Below are positions 1 to 15,038 of a stretch of DNA of 64,000 nt, piece after piece. A program made the translations under genes and the position numbers. The notes below the pieces were generated by a model. It was not told the DNA's origin, did no database searches, and saw nothing but the letters and a program-made list of their open reading frames with translations. The DNA lies in the NCBI GenBank assembly GCA_965112735.1, contig OZ218950.1:3906001-3970000 (forward strand), written 5' to 3'. This stretch comes from Phaeosaccion multiseriatum (lineage: Eukaryota > Protista > Ochrophyta, other classes). Each line of letters opens with the position of its first letter. Position 1 is the stretch's first letter.

Positions 1-3000
1 CTCGAAGGTCCTGAAGCAACGTCTTGGCGTCGAGCAGCGTCAATCCCCAGTCGCCACCCCCACCCCCAGCCACACGGGCAGTGGCAACAGGGGAAATGCC
101 ATGAACCATAGAGGCTCTCTTGTCGGACAGATGACTGCAGCACTCCTTCAGGAGCCGATTCACGAGCTCCTCATCGGGCTGGATGTTAAAGTCCTTCCGC
201 ATCTCCCTGTAGAGCTCCATAATCAACGCCCCCGGCCTGATGGCACCAAGCCCACCCACCCCCCCACCACCAACTCCACCACCACCACCACCAGCAGCAG
301 CAGCAGCCCCAGCAGCACCAGCAGCACCAGCAGCACCACCATCACCACCACCACCACCATAGCTCTGCTCCCCCTCAGTGGGGTTTCCGCAGAGCTTCAC
401 CAGACCGGTAATGACAGTAGAGAAGGAGATCAAGTCCGGCCGCAGCAGCATGAACCTCCCTCGCGCCTTTGGATTGGGCGTAGCGCTGCGCCGCCCGTTG
501 CCCCAAAACGTTCGCTGCGTCACCTCCTCCAAGGTCGCCACTGCTAGCATCGTTTGTCGGTTCCGGACACAGGCATCAAGGTAGCAGTTAAGAGTGGCTA
601 CATCGGGCCACCCATCAGGCTCTGTGAGCATGTGCTCAAAGACTCGCTGCGCGGAGGCAAATTCCCCACTCCTGCCATAGCCTTTGATAAGGATAGAAGA
701 CGTCATCCTGGTCGGCTTCACGCCCCAGCTGTGGAGTCGTCATTCATTCGATAGGGACAGGGAGGGAGGGAGGGAGTGAGTGAGGGAGTGGAAGAAGGAG
801 CAAAATGAGGCGAGTGTCATTCATGGAAGGGGGATAGGCTTGTGAGCATGACACGCTCGTCTCCAGAAGGCAACAACGAACAGCAACGCGTGTCTGAATG
901 AAGCACAACTACGCCCCCGCTGCAACCCCTGGCAGGCAGGCAGCCCACCGCCCCCATCCCCCCACACACACACCCAACCCACACAAACACACAAAAACCC
1001 ACCTGAGCATTGTGTCGTACAGTTTCTCTGCCTCCCTCATACGCGGGGACGGTCTCTCATCCACCATGGCGTCTATCAGCATGTTCATCGTCACCACATC
1101 AGGCTGCACCTTCTTCCGCCGCATCGTGCGCAGCAGCCCTAGAGCTTCATACAAGGCATCCCCCTGCACCATGCGTGCCCTCGCCTCCTCCTGCTTGTCT
1201 TCCCTCAATCCCGCGGCCTGCGCTGCTGCAGCTGTAGCTGGTGCACCCTCTTCCTCCTCGTCCTCCTCGTACTCGTCCACGTCCTCGTCGTCGTCTTCTT
1301 CCGCCTTTCTCTCCCTGCCCCTGCCTTTCCCTGGCAGTCTCCTCTTGGAAAACCGCACTGCATCGCACAGTCCCAGGAGCACTGTGTTATATACAACGAC
1401 ATCGGGGGTCAGATGCGGCGAAGTCTCCGCCTTGAGCTCCAGACCACGGAGCAATTTCTGTGCCAAATCCATCTTCCCGGCCTTGACACAGGCCTTGATG
1501 AGCGCCGTGAAGGTGACAAGGTTGGGGGGAACGCCTGCGCTCTCCATCTGTCGCAGCACCACAAAGGACTGAGTGATGCTGCCGGCGTTGGCAAAGCCGC
1601 TCAGCACACTGGTGAAGGCCTCCACGGGGGGTGGGCGCCGCTCTCTTGACTTTGACTTTGAAATCTGCTGCCCCTTTCCTTCCCGTCCCTTCTCCAGCTC
1701 CTCGCCCCCCCCTCCCCATTCCTTCAGAAGCTCATAGGCCCGGTCGAAGTCCCCCGCCCGCACGCAAGCATCCACCAGTGTGTTTAGAGTAACGTCGTTC
1801 GCCTCGCACCCCATGGCTTCCATACCGTCCATGACCGCAAATGCTTTCTTGAGCTGACCGCTGCGCACCAGACCTTTGATGATGGTGTTATAGCTCCTCT
1901 CATTCGGCCTGACTCCGGCCATCGACCCCTTGCCAACTCGACTACTCCCCTCAGTTCCTCCCGCACCCGCCCGGGTGGACTCTATGGACTGCTCCATTCC
2001 AACGAGCAGAGACTGCGCCTTGCGCAGAGTCCCGCACCTCACGTACGCGTCCATCGCAGCGTTGATGAGCACCGTGTCTGGCTGCGCTCCGCTGTGCCAC
2101 ATTCGCTTCACCACGTCATCCACCATGTGCTCCTGCCTTAGTCGCCCGTACCCTTTCACAAGAATGGAGTAGGTCACAGCCCCGGCCCTGACCCCCTCCC
2201 GCTTCATGAGCTGGACCAGCTGCTCTGCCAGGCCCATGCGCTGGCGCACCACACACTCGTGTAGAAGGGGGATAAAGATGGCCTCCGTAATCTGCCCGCG
2301 TGCCGCACTGCCGCCCCGTGGCCCTTCGAGGTAGGTCTGGAGCACTGCCATGGCCACGTCAAGCTTCCCTGCTTTGGCCAACTCCTTTAGGATGACTTTC
2401 CAAGTGGCCAACGCCGGCCATAGCTCGTCTTTTATCATGAGATCCAGCAGCTGCAGGCTCTGCTTCCACTCGCGCTTCCGCACACACCTATTTACAAGCC
2501 TCTCAAAGGCCTTTAGAGGGATCTCTTCACCCTTTTCCTCCCTCAACACCGTCACAACAAGCAAGACAGGGGAGGCCCAGGGTCCATCAGAGTCCAGCAT
2601 TCTCCGAAGCTCCGTCACTGACAGCCTCGACAGCCTAGCAAGCTCTGGTGACCCCCCCTTCCGCCCCTCGTTCCCCTGCCGCCGATGCTGCAGCTTGTCT
2701 ATTTCCCCGCGCTCTGGACGAGCCAAGTCATCACTGCCACCGGACCCAGCACCAGCAGCGGTAGCAGCAGTGGTAGCTAAAGACACCGCCAGCCCCCCGC
2801 TCCTTCGCAAGAGTGCACCCGTGTGACTGCTCGATCTATTGCAGTGATGGCGATGCGCACGAGTCAGAGTCAGCCCAGGCGAAAGACCTGAGCCACCGAC
2901 GCAACCTCTACTTCTTGCCTGAGGCCCTCCCGTTGGGGCGAAGGCCGATACCGACACTAAACAAAGACCCCATACCGCAGCCGTTGCACGCGGCGGCTGT

Positions 3001-3134
3001 CTAATCTTACTATTGCTGGTGCTGGTAAACCCTCTCCCCCTCTTCCTCCCACTGCCCCTCAGCGCGGGCCGAATGCCATCTCCTGGGCGCGCGGGAATTG
3101 CCGCTGCTGCCCCTCCTGCTGCCTGACCTGCCAT
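1..3134 (-). CDS. Pentatricopeptide-repeat (P-class PPR) protein, probably plastid-targeted; 3' end runs off the window. Exons 3134-1003 and 728-<1
   Basis: Tandem ~35-aa PPR motifs (VTYSILVKGYGR, RSYNTIIKGLVRSG, VTFTALIKACVKAG, VVYNTVLLGLC). The GT-AG intron 1002-729 joins MLS|WGVKPTRMTSSILIKGYGRSG in frame. Hydrophobic stretch followed by VSA-FAP at aa ~50-67. Confidence 0.9.
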
Positions 3135-3495
3135 GCTGGGCCCTCTCTCCTCCTACAGCATCCTCTCCTTCCCTGAGGGTATTTATGTGTATGTTTGTTT
3201 TATGTTTTGTGTGTTGCTCTGTGTCATGTGATGGGTGGAATCCTACGGGCAGAAAAATGTCAGGTGGATGGCACAATGGAATGGCGTTACATTTTGTGGA
3301 GGTGAGAGGCAGGCAGGGAGGAGAGGAGAAAAAAAAGTAGAGAGAGGAGCAAGAGAGGGCGAGAGAGAAGGAGAGCAAGAGAACAGGAGAGCGAGACAGG
3401 AGGGACGGAACCAACAAGTTTTTGTGGGGACTTCCCGTATTTTCCCCGAGTCGACTGTTTTGACTCCCAGGGACCTGCCAGAGTGGGCGGGCATT

Positions 3496-5793
<2,298 letters not shown>

Positions 5794-6205
5794 CTTTTTT
5801 ACATAGAAGGGAGTTGTTGTTGTTGAAAGAATCGTCAGAAGTGAAATACATGTAAGTGGTGAGAGTTTGAAGGAGTATTGGGAAGGCGCGGGGGGAGAGA
5901 GATGGGTAAGAAGGAGGAGGCAGCAAGGTGACGCCATTCGATATCGATTTAGTGAAGTGCAGAATCGGCAGCCTGCCTTCCTCTACACGCCAGCAAGCGG
6001 GGAGACGGAGACCCCAACCCAGCCAAGGGGTGAAAGGGTCCCGCGCCGCATACCGCCCTCTGTGCTCCCAAGTGGAATTTCAGTTTCCTTTCCCAAACAA
6101 GATGAAAATATGCCTCAGTGTTTCAGCCGCGCTCAGCCGCCCCGTTCTCCCCTATCAGTCAGTCAGTCTTTCTCGTCTTCCTGCCCGTTTGTCTTGTCTC
6201 TTCAC

Positions 6206-6264
6206 GTATCTGTCTATCGGTCTGCCTGTCTGTCTGTCTGCCTGTCTGTCTGTCTGCCTGTCTA

Positions 6265-6312
<48 letters not shown>

Positions 6313-6414
6313 CCTGGCTGCCTGCCTGTGTTCCTGCCTGTGTTCCCGCCTGCCTGCCTGTCTGTCTGTGTGTCTGTCTGCCTGTCTGTCTGTCCGTCTG
6401 CCTGTCCGTCTGTC
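6206..6414. repeat. (TCTG/CCTG)n tetranucleotide array just downstream of the kinase stop codon
   Basis: Directly visible between two convergent 3' ends. Confidence 0.95.
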
Positions 6415-6421
6415 AATCAGT

Positions 6422-7039
6422 CTATGTGCGCCCCCCCGTCCGCTGTCTCTCTGTCGCGTACTTGTCCTCCAGTGCCTTCCGCTCTCTGGCGTGTTCGTCC
6501 TTCAGCGCACGCAAGGAATCTTGGAAACGCTGCTCCAATTTCTCCAGCTCAACCGCTAGCCCTCCCCCTCCTCCTCCTCCCCCACCACCTCCACCACCAC
6601 CACCCCCTCCTCCTCTCGCCCCCCTCCCCGCTGCCTTTAAAGTCCCCTTCCCGTCCATAGGCTCCTCCACAGCGGGAGGAGGAGCGTTTGGCGGTTTGGC
6701 CGGACTGGAGAAGTACTTCATCGCTTTGCCTAGGTTCGAATCCGACTCTTTCTTGGCGCTACTGCTGCTGCTACTGCTGCTGCTGGTGGTGGGGGGTGGT
6801 GTAGGTGGTGGTGCCATTCCTGCCGAGCCCCTATTCCGCCCCACCGTCCCTCTAATCATGGTCCCTGTGTCGTAGTCTTCGTCTCCTTCCTCCTCCTCCG
6901 CCTCGTCTTCCTCCTTCAACTGAAGCTGCCCTTGCTTCTGCTGCTGCTCTTGTTGCCTGGATGGGGGTTGGACCATCCGAACCATTGTACCTGAGGGGGG
7001 GGGGACAGATGATGCGCGATGCGAAAGGGAGAGAGAGAC

Positions 7040-7102
<63 letters not shown>

Positions 7103-7330
7103 TGGATACAGAGAGAGGCAATGGAGGATGCGGCGGGGCCATCGAGGAACAAGCATCCCTATGCGGGAAAGCAAGTAAGTTCTTCATTCCATTCGCACCT
7201 GAATCGTAGTCCTCGTCCTCTTCCTCCTCCTCCTCCTCCTCCTCCTCCTCGGACGCCTCTGCATGCGTCGGCACCGCACTAGCCTTGCTCTTCTTGAGTT
7301 TAGCGACTGCGTCAGCCTTACTCATACAGC

Positions 7331-7374
<44 letters not shown>

Positions 7375-9396
7375 CAAAGGCAGAGGGGAACAGAGTGACA
7401 ACCGTTAGGTAAGGTAGTAATTGGACTCTAAAGACTTCGACAACTCATGGGGGGCGCATTCCTTTGGTGGGACAGGGGAGTAGGAATGACGAGCGAGAGA
7501 GAGAGAGGTGGGAGAGGACACCTGTCAAGAGCACCACCGCAATCGGTACTTCCCCCCCAACTACCCAAACCGCCACCAACACGAAAACCCGACAACACTG
7601 AAACGGAAAGGACAGACACATCCTCCCCTCCTCCTCACCCTTCCTCGCCGTCTCACCCTCGCTCACCCTCCACTCACCTTCTCCTTTGCGGCCTTCTCTG
7701 CCTGCGAGGCTCTAAACACTCTAAGCTGGGGCATGTTGCGCTTGACCATTTCCTGCAGCTCCTTCGAGCCTTTCAGCTTGTCCTCCGATCGCACCCTGTC
7801 CCCAGCAGCCTTGACCCAAGCGTGCTGCAGCAGCTCCGTAGCTGAAGGTCTCTCCTCGGGGTTCTTGACGAGGCATTTGGCTAAGAAATCGTGAAATCCT
7901 GCCGACCACTTGGCTTGGTCCTTCATGACCGGAGGGTCCTTGGCAGGAATCATAAAGATGGCTCGCATAGGGTGTACCTTGCTGTGCGGCGGGGCCCCAT
8001 CCCCCATCTCTATCATCGTAATGCCCAGACTCCAAATGTCGGCTTTGCTATCGTACGGCACCTCTAAAATGACCTCTGGAGCCATCCAGTAGGGGGTTCC
8101 AATGACCGTGCCCCTCTTTTGGCCGTCCTGCATCACGGCCGATACGCCGAAATCCGCCAGCTTGGCACTGTGTGAGAAGAAGCGAAACGAAGGGAGGGAA
8201 ACGCCAAAGGCTTTTAGCTAGCGACGTAACGTCAAGACGTGATTTTGTTGGATCTCTCTCTACCTCTCTCTCTCCATCTCTCTCTCTCTGCTTACCTGCC
8301 CTCTGCGCTGAGGAGCACGTTGCCTGCCTTGACGTCTCTGTGCACCATGCTGAGGCTGTGAAGGTGCTCCAGGCCCAGCAGCATCCACGCACAAGTGATG
8401 CACATCTCATCCTCCGTTAGTGTCACCTGAGCCAGCCAGAGAGCCAGGTGGGTGGGTGGGTGGTCGCACATCATCACTTGGGCGGAGTCTCCAAAGTGCT
8501 GTTATGACGATGGGCAGAAAGACACAAGTTGTCACGCATCGTCCCTTCTCTGAGCTCCCCCCGTCCAATCCACTTCTCACAGACACACACACCCGCCCCC
8601 CCTCCTGTTCTACTGCTTCCTTCGCCCTACCCTACCCTACCTTGCATGCCTCCATGATATCGTCCACCGAGCCTCCGCTGCAGTAGTCCATGACGATCCA
8701 CGCCTCGCAGCCTCGCACGTAGCACTCGTGTAGAGACACGACGAAGGGGTTGGTGAGCTCGCACATGATGTCGATCTCCTTCTTCAGGTCGTCGAGCGCC
8801 CCTCCGGCCAGGTCTATAGGGATGATTTTGACTGCCACCGTCTGTACATTCAACGTATTGATACAATAGCAACCAACAAACACAACATCACAATAAACAC
8901 CGAAAGGCATGTATTAGTAGTAGAGAGCTAAGTTGGGGGGTGGGATTGATCAGATGGGAGGAGCGGAGGGGAGATGGGGAGCATTTTTATACTGGCAGCA
9001 GGGAGTGAGGTTAGTTTGCCTGGTCGGATCGATGAAGGGGGAGGAGAGAAAGAGGGGACTACTGGTAGATGTGAGCAAGGCGACGACGGCCAGGCACTAC
9101 AAACAGAGGCGGCACAAAGCATCGCAGCCGCCTCGCCTCCCAGAAGCTTGCGGACCTTCCTCACTCATTGATTCGTGCCGGCATCAGACTTGAGGAGTCC
9201 TCCGTTTTGTCGTCCGCGCTTCACCTCTCACCTGTCCATTCGACCGCCGCCTGGCCTTCCTGACGGCTCCATAAGCGCCCTCCCCGAGGAACTCCAGAAG
9301 CTCAAGGTCAATCTCAGGGTCCAGCATGGACACGCGCCGGGCGAAGCCAGAGCCCAGTGGGCTGCGAGGGCGGCTGCTCATCCTTCCCTGCTGCAC
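6422..9396 (-). CDS. STE20-family (GCK-II, MST1/2/Hippo-like) Ser/Thr kinase. Exons 9396-9232, 8841-8641, 8426-8296, 8167-7678, 7316-7199, 6990-6422
   Basis: GEGAYGAV, VAVKII, HRDVKAGNVLL, KLADFG and the STE20 signature GTPYWMAPEVI, plus HPMRAIFMIP. All splice junctions keep the frame. Acidic linker with DSGTMVR; C-terminal coiled coil. Confidence 0.93.
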
Positions 9397-9763
9397 CTCT
9401 TACTCCCAAGCCCCTCCTCTGTAAAGGTGCAAAATAGGGAAGGAACGGAGGTCTCCGCCCTCCCTTTAATCAAACAGTCAACACCCTCTCTTCCCTCTCT
9501 CCCTCTCCGCTCTGGCTACAGGCGGAGATCCGGAGGGAAGGGAGAAAACTTGCCCGAAACGATCGGTCTTTTCAATAACCGGGCCCCTCAACTTCAGAGC
9601 GACGTACTTTGGCAGTACTACTCGTCTAGTACCTCAACCTTACTAAGGATGCACGCTGGTGGTTGCTGGCGGCTTGTGGGTTGGGTTTTTGTCAACGGGT
9701 GTTCGGGCAAGTACTAGTTCTCAGTTTCAGTTTATTTCGGCCCTTTAACAATTTTTTTCTCCC

Positions 9764-10759
9764 TCACTTTCGAACTGCATGGGCCACTCCCCTCTTATTT
9801 CGCAGCGGGTGAGCGCCGCTGTTCGTGCCACGTATAGTGTGAAACTGATCGTACCCTTCTGGCCGTCTCTGTCGACCACGGATCAAGGACGTGTATTCAT
9901 CCAGCTGCTCTCGCAAGTGCAGATTGGTGAAGACGCTTTTTGTATACACACGCAACACACACAGAGGGACACATACGCACACAGGGAGAGAGAGAACGAG
10001 AGGTAGAGGAAGAGGGAGTGAGGGAGGGGGAGAGGGAGAGAGAGGGACAACGAGAGAGAGAGTAGGAGGGTGAGGAGCTCCTCGGATACGACACAAACAT
10101 AACAAGGGAGGCGCAAACGAGCCCTAGACGCTGCTGGGATATGCTCCAGTACAGCCACTTCCTTGCAGGGCTGTACAGGCATGCTTCTTACCTCCGCTTA
10201 TCCGCTACGCACTTGAAGACACTGTCGATGGAGGGCTGCGCCCAACCGAGCGAATACTGACCCACAACACACACGAAAAAACAAACAAAAACATGTTCAT
10301 CATGCAGGATGGGTGCGTAGAGAAAGACAAATTCGTTGAGTGAAGTGAAGTGAGACTCCACTTAGAGTCTCTCTCTCACACACATACACACTCAGACAGG
10401 GGATAGACGTGGCGCTCTCGAGACGGAGAAACACGCCAAGATGACTGCTCACCTTCGTCCACGCAGCCGCCATTGCCCCAAGGATGGCCCTCTCTTCCGA
10501 GGTGGCGTGCACGGGTCCCTTTCCTAAGTCCCTACCGCTGTGCAGCGCCAACACAGAGTCTTTGAGCTGCCGGCACGACCGCGCAAAGACGAAGGAATCT
10601 GTCGCCGAAACCAAATCCGCACTGACCAAGTACTGCAGCACCCAACTCCGCACGCACACTCTCTGGTCCTCGGAGAAGCACTCTGACTTGATGTGGGCAG
10701 CCTTGGCCAGGCTGCCCAAGGCTACGAATGCTGGAGAGCTCCACCTGCTCTTGCCAGCT

Positions 10760-10790
<31 letters not shown>

Positions 10791-11447
10791 GACCCTGCGC
10801 TGCAGCTACCTCTCCTCCTGGAGCCGCCATTGCTGCTCCTGCTGCTGCTGGCGATGATGATTCTGTACAGTCTCCTGCTGCTACAGTTGTTGCGACTACT
10901 GTGGGAGCGGGCGTCCCTGCTTCTGCTGCGCGAGGCGTGGCGGCTAATGCTCTTGCTGCGGCTGCTGCTGCTGCCTCAGCTGCCTCAGCTTCGGCCTCCA
11001 CCTTCATTCGGTGCTTCTCCGCACTATAGAAGGTCAGGTCCAAGACTTCAAAGAAGGCAGGCGCGTTGGATGGGCTGAGCTCGGCCTCCATCAGCTTCAC
11101 CATGAGCACCGCGGCCTTTGCAAGCTTCTTGCTATCCGTAAGGTACTTGTTCAGCTTGGCCAAAGCTTCAGACACGACCACAGCCCCATCCTTACCATTT
11201 GCGCCACCCTTTTCGCCATCAACAACACCGCTCCCGCTTCTCTTCCTTGTGGAATTCGAGCCCGCAGGTTTTCGCTCGTCGTCAGCGTAGAGTGAGAGAG
11301 ATTTGGGGTCTACTGGTACCCTATCCTCTTCCTCCTTCACCTCCACCTTGATACTCTCCGCCCCCTCTTGCGCTGCTACTGTCGCCGTATCATCGGCCTC
11401 TCCCTTCATTCGCTTCGCTTCCCTCCCTTCCTGCTCCTCTTCGTGCC

Positions 11448-11487
<40 letters not shown>

Positions 11488-11601
11488 ATGATGACCATCA
11501 GCTGCAGGCATAGGAGGCTTAGGCTTCGAGCCCCCGCCTCGCATCAGGACCGAGCGAGGCCTCATTTTGCCTGGCAAGATTGGCTTGTGTCCCGGCAGCA
11601 T
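9764..11601 (-). CDS. Conserved uncharacterised protein, resembling a plant family such as At3g04560. Exons 11601-10453, 10256-10192, 9935-9764
   Basis: Helical blocks ALAKLNKYLTDSKKLAKAAVLMVKL, TDSFVFARSCRQL and YSLGWAQPSID are joined in frame by GT-AG introns. Family resemblance is from memory only. Confidence 0.65.
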
Positions 11602-11770
11602 CTTATCTCCTTTTTCACTCTTCGTGCCCCCCTCCGCTTATAAATTAATTATACTTTGGCTTCTACTGGCAGGATGATAGCTATAAGGAAATGAAGAGGT
11701 GTCATCTTCACAAATGGCGATTGAGTCCAACATGTTTGGAAGTTGTGTGTGACCGCCACCAAAAAAAAAA
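11602..11770. promoter_or_regulatory. Putative bidirectional promoter (169 bp, AT-rich, poly-A tract)
   Basis: Divergent ATGs at 11601 and 11771, with an AT-rich core (TTATAAATTAATTATA) and an A-run before the MLYCD ATG. Confidence 0.55.
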
Positions 11771-12804
11771 ATGCCCGCCTCACGTCTCACAGGGACTTCC
11801 GCTGCCGCGGTAGTCAGAAGAATCGGGAGGAGAGATCTCAGGAGGAAGGAGCTGGTGGGGGGGATCCTGGCTAACACCCAGCAGGGAGCAGCACGAGGAG
11901 GGCTTAATCGTCGCACTTATGAGGCAGACGCAGCCACTTTAGCACGCGACCAGCCTATTTTGGGAGGGAGGGCGGTGTCGAATAAAGCGTCGCTGAACTC
12001 CAGGCGCTTCTGGAAGAGAGGCAGGACTCGGAGCTACAGCGGGAGCGCCACCATGAAAGATGCTGGGGGAGACCGCGGCAGCGTTGGGCCAAGTAACGAC
12101 AGTGGTGGAGGCAGAAGTGGTCGCTTCATGTACCACAAATACGCCCCCTCTGCCCCCGAACTTCACGATCTCGTCCACGGAATAGCCGTGGCGAGGGGAA
12201 GGAGGAGGGTGGGAGAGATGCTGCCGAAGGACGTGGTGACTGGTTTCGTGGCCCAGTACGCCAAGCTGCGGCCGGCGGAGAGACAGGCGCTCCTGCTCGA
12301 GCTGGCAAGAGATCTCCGCCCCAGTCCTGAAATCGTTGAGAGCGCATGGCAACGCTACCAGGTCAAGCTCGGCAAGGGGAGGGGGGGGGGGCCTACCATA
12401 GCCCTGGAGGCCCTGCGAGAGGAGCTCACTCCTCTGTACGAGACGCTGTTCAAGGCCATTGCGGCGGACTCCCCTGCCGGCATCAAGTTCGTGCTGCAGC
12501 TACGGACAGACGTCCTATTCGCCATTCGCGAGCTTAGAAGAAGAAGCAAAGAAAGCGGCAGCACCATGAGTAGTGGCGGGGCTGGAGCCGAAGATGCCAA
12601 GGCCTCTCTGCTGTCCAACTTGCAGGGGGACTTGTCTGCACTGGATGCAAGTCTGCGGACCATGTTACAGGACTGGTTCGGCTGCGGCTTCCTGCAGCTG
12701 CAGCGCATCACCTACGAAGACTCGGCAGGGGCTGTGCTGGAGAAGATTGCGCTCTACGAGTCTGTACACAAGGTAAGTCGGTGACAAGCGTTGGCGAGTC
12801 GGGG

Positions 12805-12865
<61 letters not shown>

Positions 12866-14074
12866 TGAGAGAGAGAGTGAGTGACGGCAGGTAGGTTGGG
12901 CGAATGAGCGAGCAAAGCCAGGTCGGGCCCCACCTCACTATTTGTGTCTGTGCTACGTAGAGCTGCGAAGGGAGGAAAGCAGCTTCCCGATGAGGCACCA
13001 ATGCGTGTCGTGCGACCCCTGACCGTTGCCACAACCCAAGCCCATCCCACTCAACTCCACACCTATTGATTGACTTCATTTACTTCCTTACCATCGACAC
13101 TTGCGTGGCTGTCTGCTGCCTTTCGTGCTCACTACCTATCCAGGTGCGGGGCTTGTCTGACCTCAAAGCCCGCCTGGGCAGGGGGCGGCGCTGCTATGCC
13201 TTCTTCCACCACAGCCTCCCTGGTGAGCCTTTGGTGTTTGTACACGTGGCGCTCCTGCCTCGCATGGCTAGCAGCATGGACTACATCCGGCAGCACTCCG
13301 GAGGCAACAAGGCCAAGAGGGACGACAAGAAGGAGAGACAGGAGAAGATCATGCAGAAGGAGCATCGTATTGACGACGACGACGCCAGTGGGGAGGAGGA
13401 GGAAGAAGGGGAGAATGGTAGTGGTGGGGTCGACGAGGAGAAGAAGGTTGGAGAGGAGGATGGGTATGGGGATGAGAGCGACGAAGGGAGTTTTGACGAC
13501 GCAGCAAACGCAGCAGGGGGAGAAGAAGAAGAAGAAGGGGGTGAGCAGAGCGCCAGATGTGCGGTGTTCTACTCCATCAACTCGACGCAGGACGGCCTCA
13601 GGGGGGTGCAGCTGGGCAACTTCCTCATCAAGAGCGTGGTGAAGCTGTTGCGCTCCGACTTTGAAATGGTGTGTGTGGGCTGGAAAGAGAGAGTTGAGTG
13701 AGTGAGTGAGTGAGTGAGTGAGTGAGTGAGTGAGTGAGTGAGTGAGTGAGTGAGTGAGTGAGTGAGGGAGGGAGGGAGGGAGAGGGGTGGTGGACTGTGG
13801 TGCACAAGCAGCCTCTGATTTGCTTTTGTAAGGCCCTTCTTTGGTGGTGGTGTGACCGGACTTGGGCTACCCCCCCCCCCCCCCCCCCCAACCCCTTCTC
13901 TGTACCCTCTGTTCGATCCCTCGGCATGAATGTGTGCCATCATTGTATGCTGGCATATCACACACCATAGGTGGACTCGTTCTCGACGCTGAGCCCCATC
14001 CCTGGCTTCAGGTCTTGGCTCTCGCTTCGGGTGGCGAAGGACTTGCGGCGCCTCAATAGCAGCAGTTCCGACAT

Positions 14075-14109
<35 letters not shown>

Positions 14110-14889
14110 GCAGCAGCACCGGTGATGACATAGCAGAGACCACCCCCTCTGCTCCTCGTTGGATCACTGAGCCACTGCTCCTCCCCAAGGAGGAGACTGC
14201 GCTGCTGAGCGTGTCCAAGTCTCTCGCCCCTACTGTATCACCAACTGCTGCCTCTGCCGCTGCTGCCACTGAGTCTCTTAAGCTGCTGCTTGACTTCATG
14301 GCCACCAACATCCCCACTGCGGAGCAAGTGAGTGTGTGTGCCAGAGAGAGAGAGAGAGAGAGAGAGAGCGGCCTTGCTTTCTTTGTCCATGGTGGGCTGG
14401 GACCCAGCAAACAGGAGAGAGAAGGGGGAGCTGATAGATACAGCGCACACACACATATCATGTACACACACAAAATCCGCCAACCCACTTCCTCCACCCC
14501 ACCCCTACCTCCCGCGCCTGCTGATTGCGTGTTGTGTTTGTTTGTGCGTGCGTGCGTGCTTCCCTCCCTCCCTCCCTCCCTCCCTCCAGGCGGCCATCGC
14601 CAAGCCCATTCTTCTTCGCCTGGCCGCCACCTACCTCACCCGCGAGAAGAGGCACGGGAGGCTCGTGGACCCAGTAGCCAACTTCCACCTCAGCAACGGG
14701 GCTGGGGTGGAGCGCATCAACTGGGCGGCAGACACGTCGATGAAGGGCAGGGGGCAGAGCTTCGGCATGATGGTCAACTTTAAGTATAGAGCCGAGGGGG
14801 GCGCCATTGAGAGCAACAGCCACGCCTACGTCACGAGAGGGGAGGTGAGCGCGAGTGACGCAGTGCAACAGTTGGCGGCGACTGACTGA
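11771..14889 (+). CDS. MLYCD: Malonyl-CoA decarboxylase. Exons 11771-12772, 13144-13668, 13971-14327, 14590-14889
   Basis: GIKFVLQLRTD, LEKIALYESVH, RRCYAFFH..LPGEPLVFVHVAL, AVFYSINSTQDGLRGVQLGNFLIK, FSTLSPIPGF, DPVANFHLSNGA..ERINW, QSFGMMVN. Arg-rich N-terminus. Confidence 0.95.
13696..13765 (+). repeat. (GAGT)n array (tandem GTGAGT donor-like motif) near the 5' end of MLYCD intron 2
   Basis: Directly visible. Similar arrays occur at 19025-19150 (minus strand) and 39295-39332. Confidence 0.95.
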
Positions 14890-15038
14890 CTGACTGACTG
14901 ACTGACTGCGCCGCGCTGCTGTCTGCGGAGGTGAGGTGAAGCAGGAGGCGGAGGATGAGTGATTGGACGTGTCACGTACACCTCCTTGACAATAATGTAG
15001 AAAAGGTTACACTACTTTGTGGCATAGGATCATTGCTG

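Noticed and set aside
5867-6875. Cys-rich + strand ORFs (CLSV repeats)
   Set aside because: These are translations of the (TCTG)n repeat and the antisense of the kinase's last exon.
14860-14910. Peroxisomal signal or stop read-through in MLYCD
   Set aside because: The C-terminus is ...QLAATD with no PTS1, and the stop lies in a (GACT)n repeat that supplies further in-frame stops.
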